Below are positions 47,801-48,557 of a stretch of 48,557 bases of DNA, one piece after another (the stretch's first letter is position 1; each line of letters opens with the position of its first letter). Location: the NCBI GenBank assembly GCA_002633005.1, contig NMRA01000420.1:353191-401747 (forward strand), read 5' to 3'. Origin of the DNA: Phoronis australis. Taxonomy: Eukaryota > Animalia > Phoronida. The translations under genes and the position numbers were made by a program. Below the pieces are notes generated by a model. It had not been told where the DNA came from, did no database searches, and saw nothing but the letters and a program-made list of their open reading frames with translations.

Positions 47801-48557
47801 TCCGAACCATAAACTAGCCAAAAATTCCGATGGGACAGTTTTCTGTGAAGAATTTAGATATCTTAAAACTAGTTCAGGCGTTGATCATTCCACCTAAGAG
47901 TAAAACTAAGCTATATTTAAAAAAATCCGTAATAGGTCACGTTACTGCATCTGCCTGACTTTTTCATTCAGTGACTCTTAAAAGCAAAAGAACTACATGT
48001 AAATCCATGTTTATGAGTATGAAAGCTGGGTTGTAAGTTTCGGTAGAACGCTGATTGATCTTCTGAAAAAGCATACTTACTTCGCTGTTGACGCGCTGCA
48101 AAGACGACGTTGAAGTTGTGGTTGTTTCGATCGATAGTCTTGCTATCTCTTTGTGCCACCTATGAATAGAATGATTGAAACAACAATCAAATCCTGTGCA
48201 ATTCAAAATCAGCTTCAGTGGTTCCAGGTATGGTAGCCTTAGCACCAGGTTAAGAACATGCTGAATTTTGTCATCCCAGTTCGCTATTTTTAATGACTTG
48301 AGCCCAGACTTCCAGTGCGTCCAAAAAACCCTAAGTTCTTACATTCCCGAAAACGGCAATAAGTCTCCTTCCTCTTCATTACTTCATGTGCTTCATCGTT
48401 TACTGAAAGAATGACGCTAAGGGAGCCGTGTGAGCGAAAGTTTACGCAAATTTCTTGTCAGCGAAACCGCTCAAATGTGGGCTAAATGCTGTTCGTTCAA
48501 TGCCGGCTTGACTACAACAACGAGCACGTCGTAGAATTTAACCAAGACAATTACAAT

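Overview
Repeat-dense, gene-poor eukaryotic DNA, most likely from an invertebrate metazoan draft assembly (five N gaps, four of them beside poly-G runs). There is no prokaryotic operon structure. Main elements: (1) a 5.1-kb decayed Academ DNA transposon (21732-26833) with TIRs, a GTA target duplication and a transposase/XPG-like/Cys-rich pseudogene; (2) a 5.8-kb foldback-type element (27485-33252) with ~890-bp modular TIRs, TAG...CTA ends, no clear TSD and an internal Academ-type transposase fragment of a different lineage; (3) a young 3.26-kb BEL/Pao LTR element (41556-44815) with 563-bp LTRs, a TAATC TSD, a tRNA-His-type PBS and an intact gag-protease ORF but no RT/RNaseH/integrase; (4) a Gypsy gag-protease relic; (5) several MITEs and dispersed or tandem repeats; (6) one convincing host coding exon for a multi-pass membrane protein (17501-18324, minus) and two weaker candidate exons. 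TACATGTA is about tenfold over-represented and behaves like a CATGTA insertion at TA sites between paralogous repeats, consistent with Tc1/mariner excision footprints. All alignments and family assignments were made by eye or from recalled motifs, without database searches.
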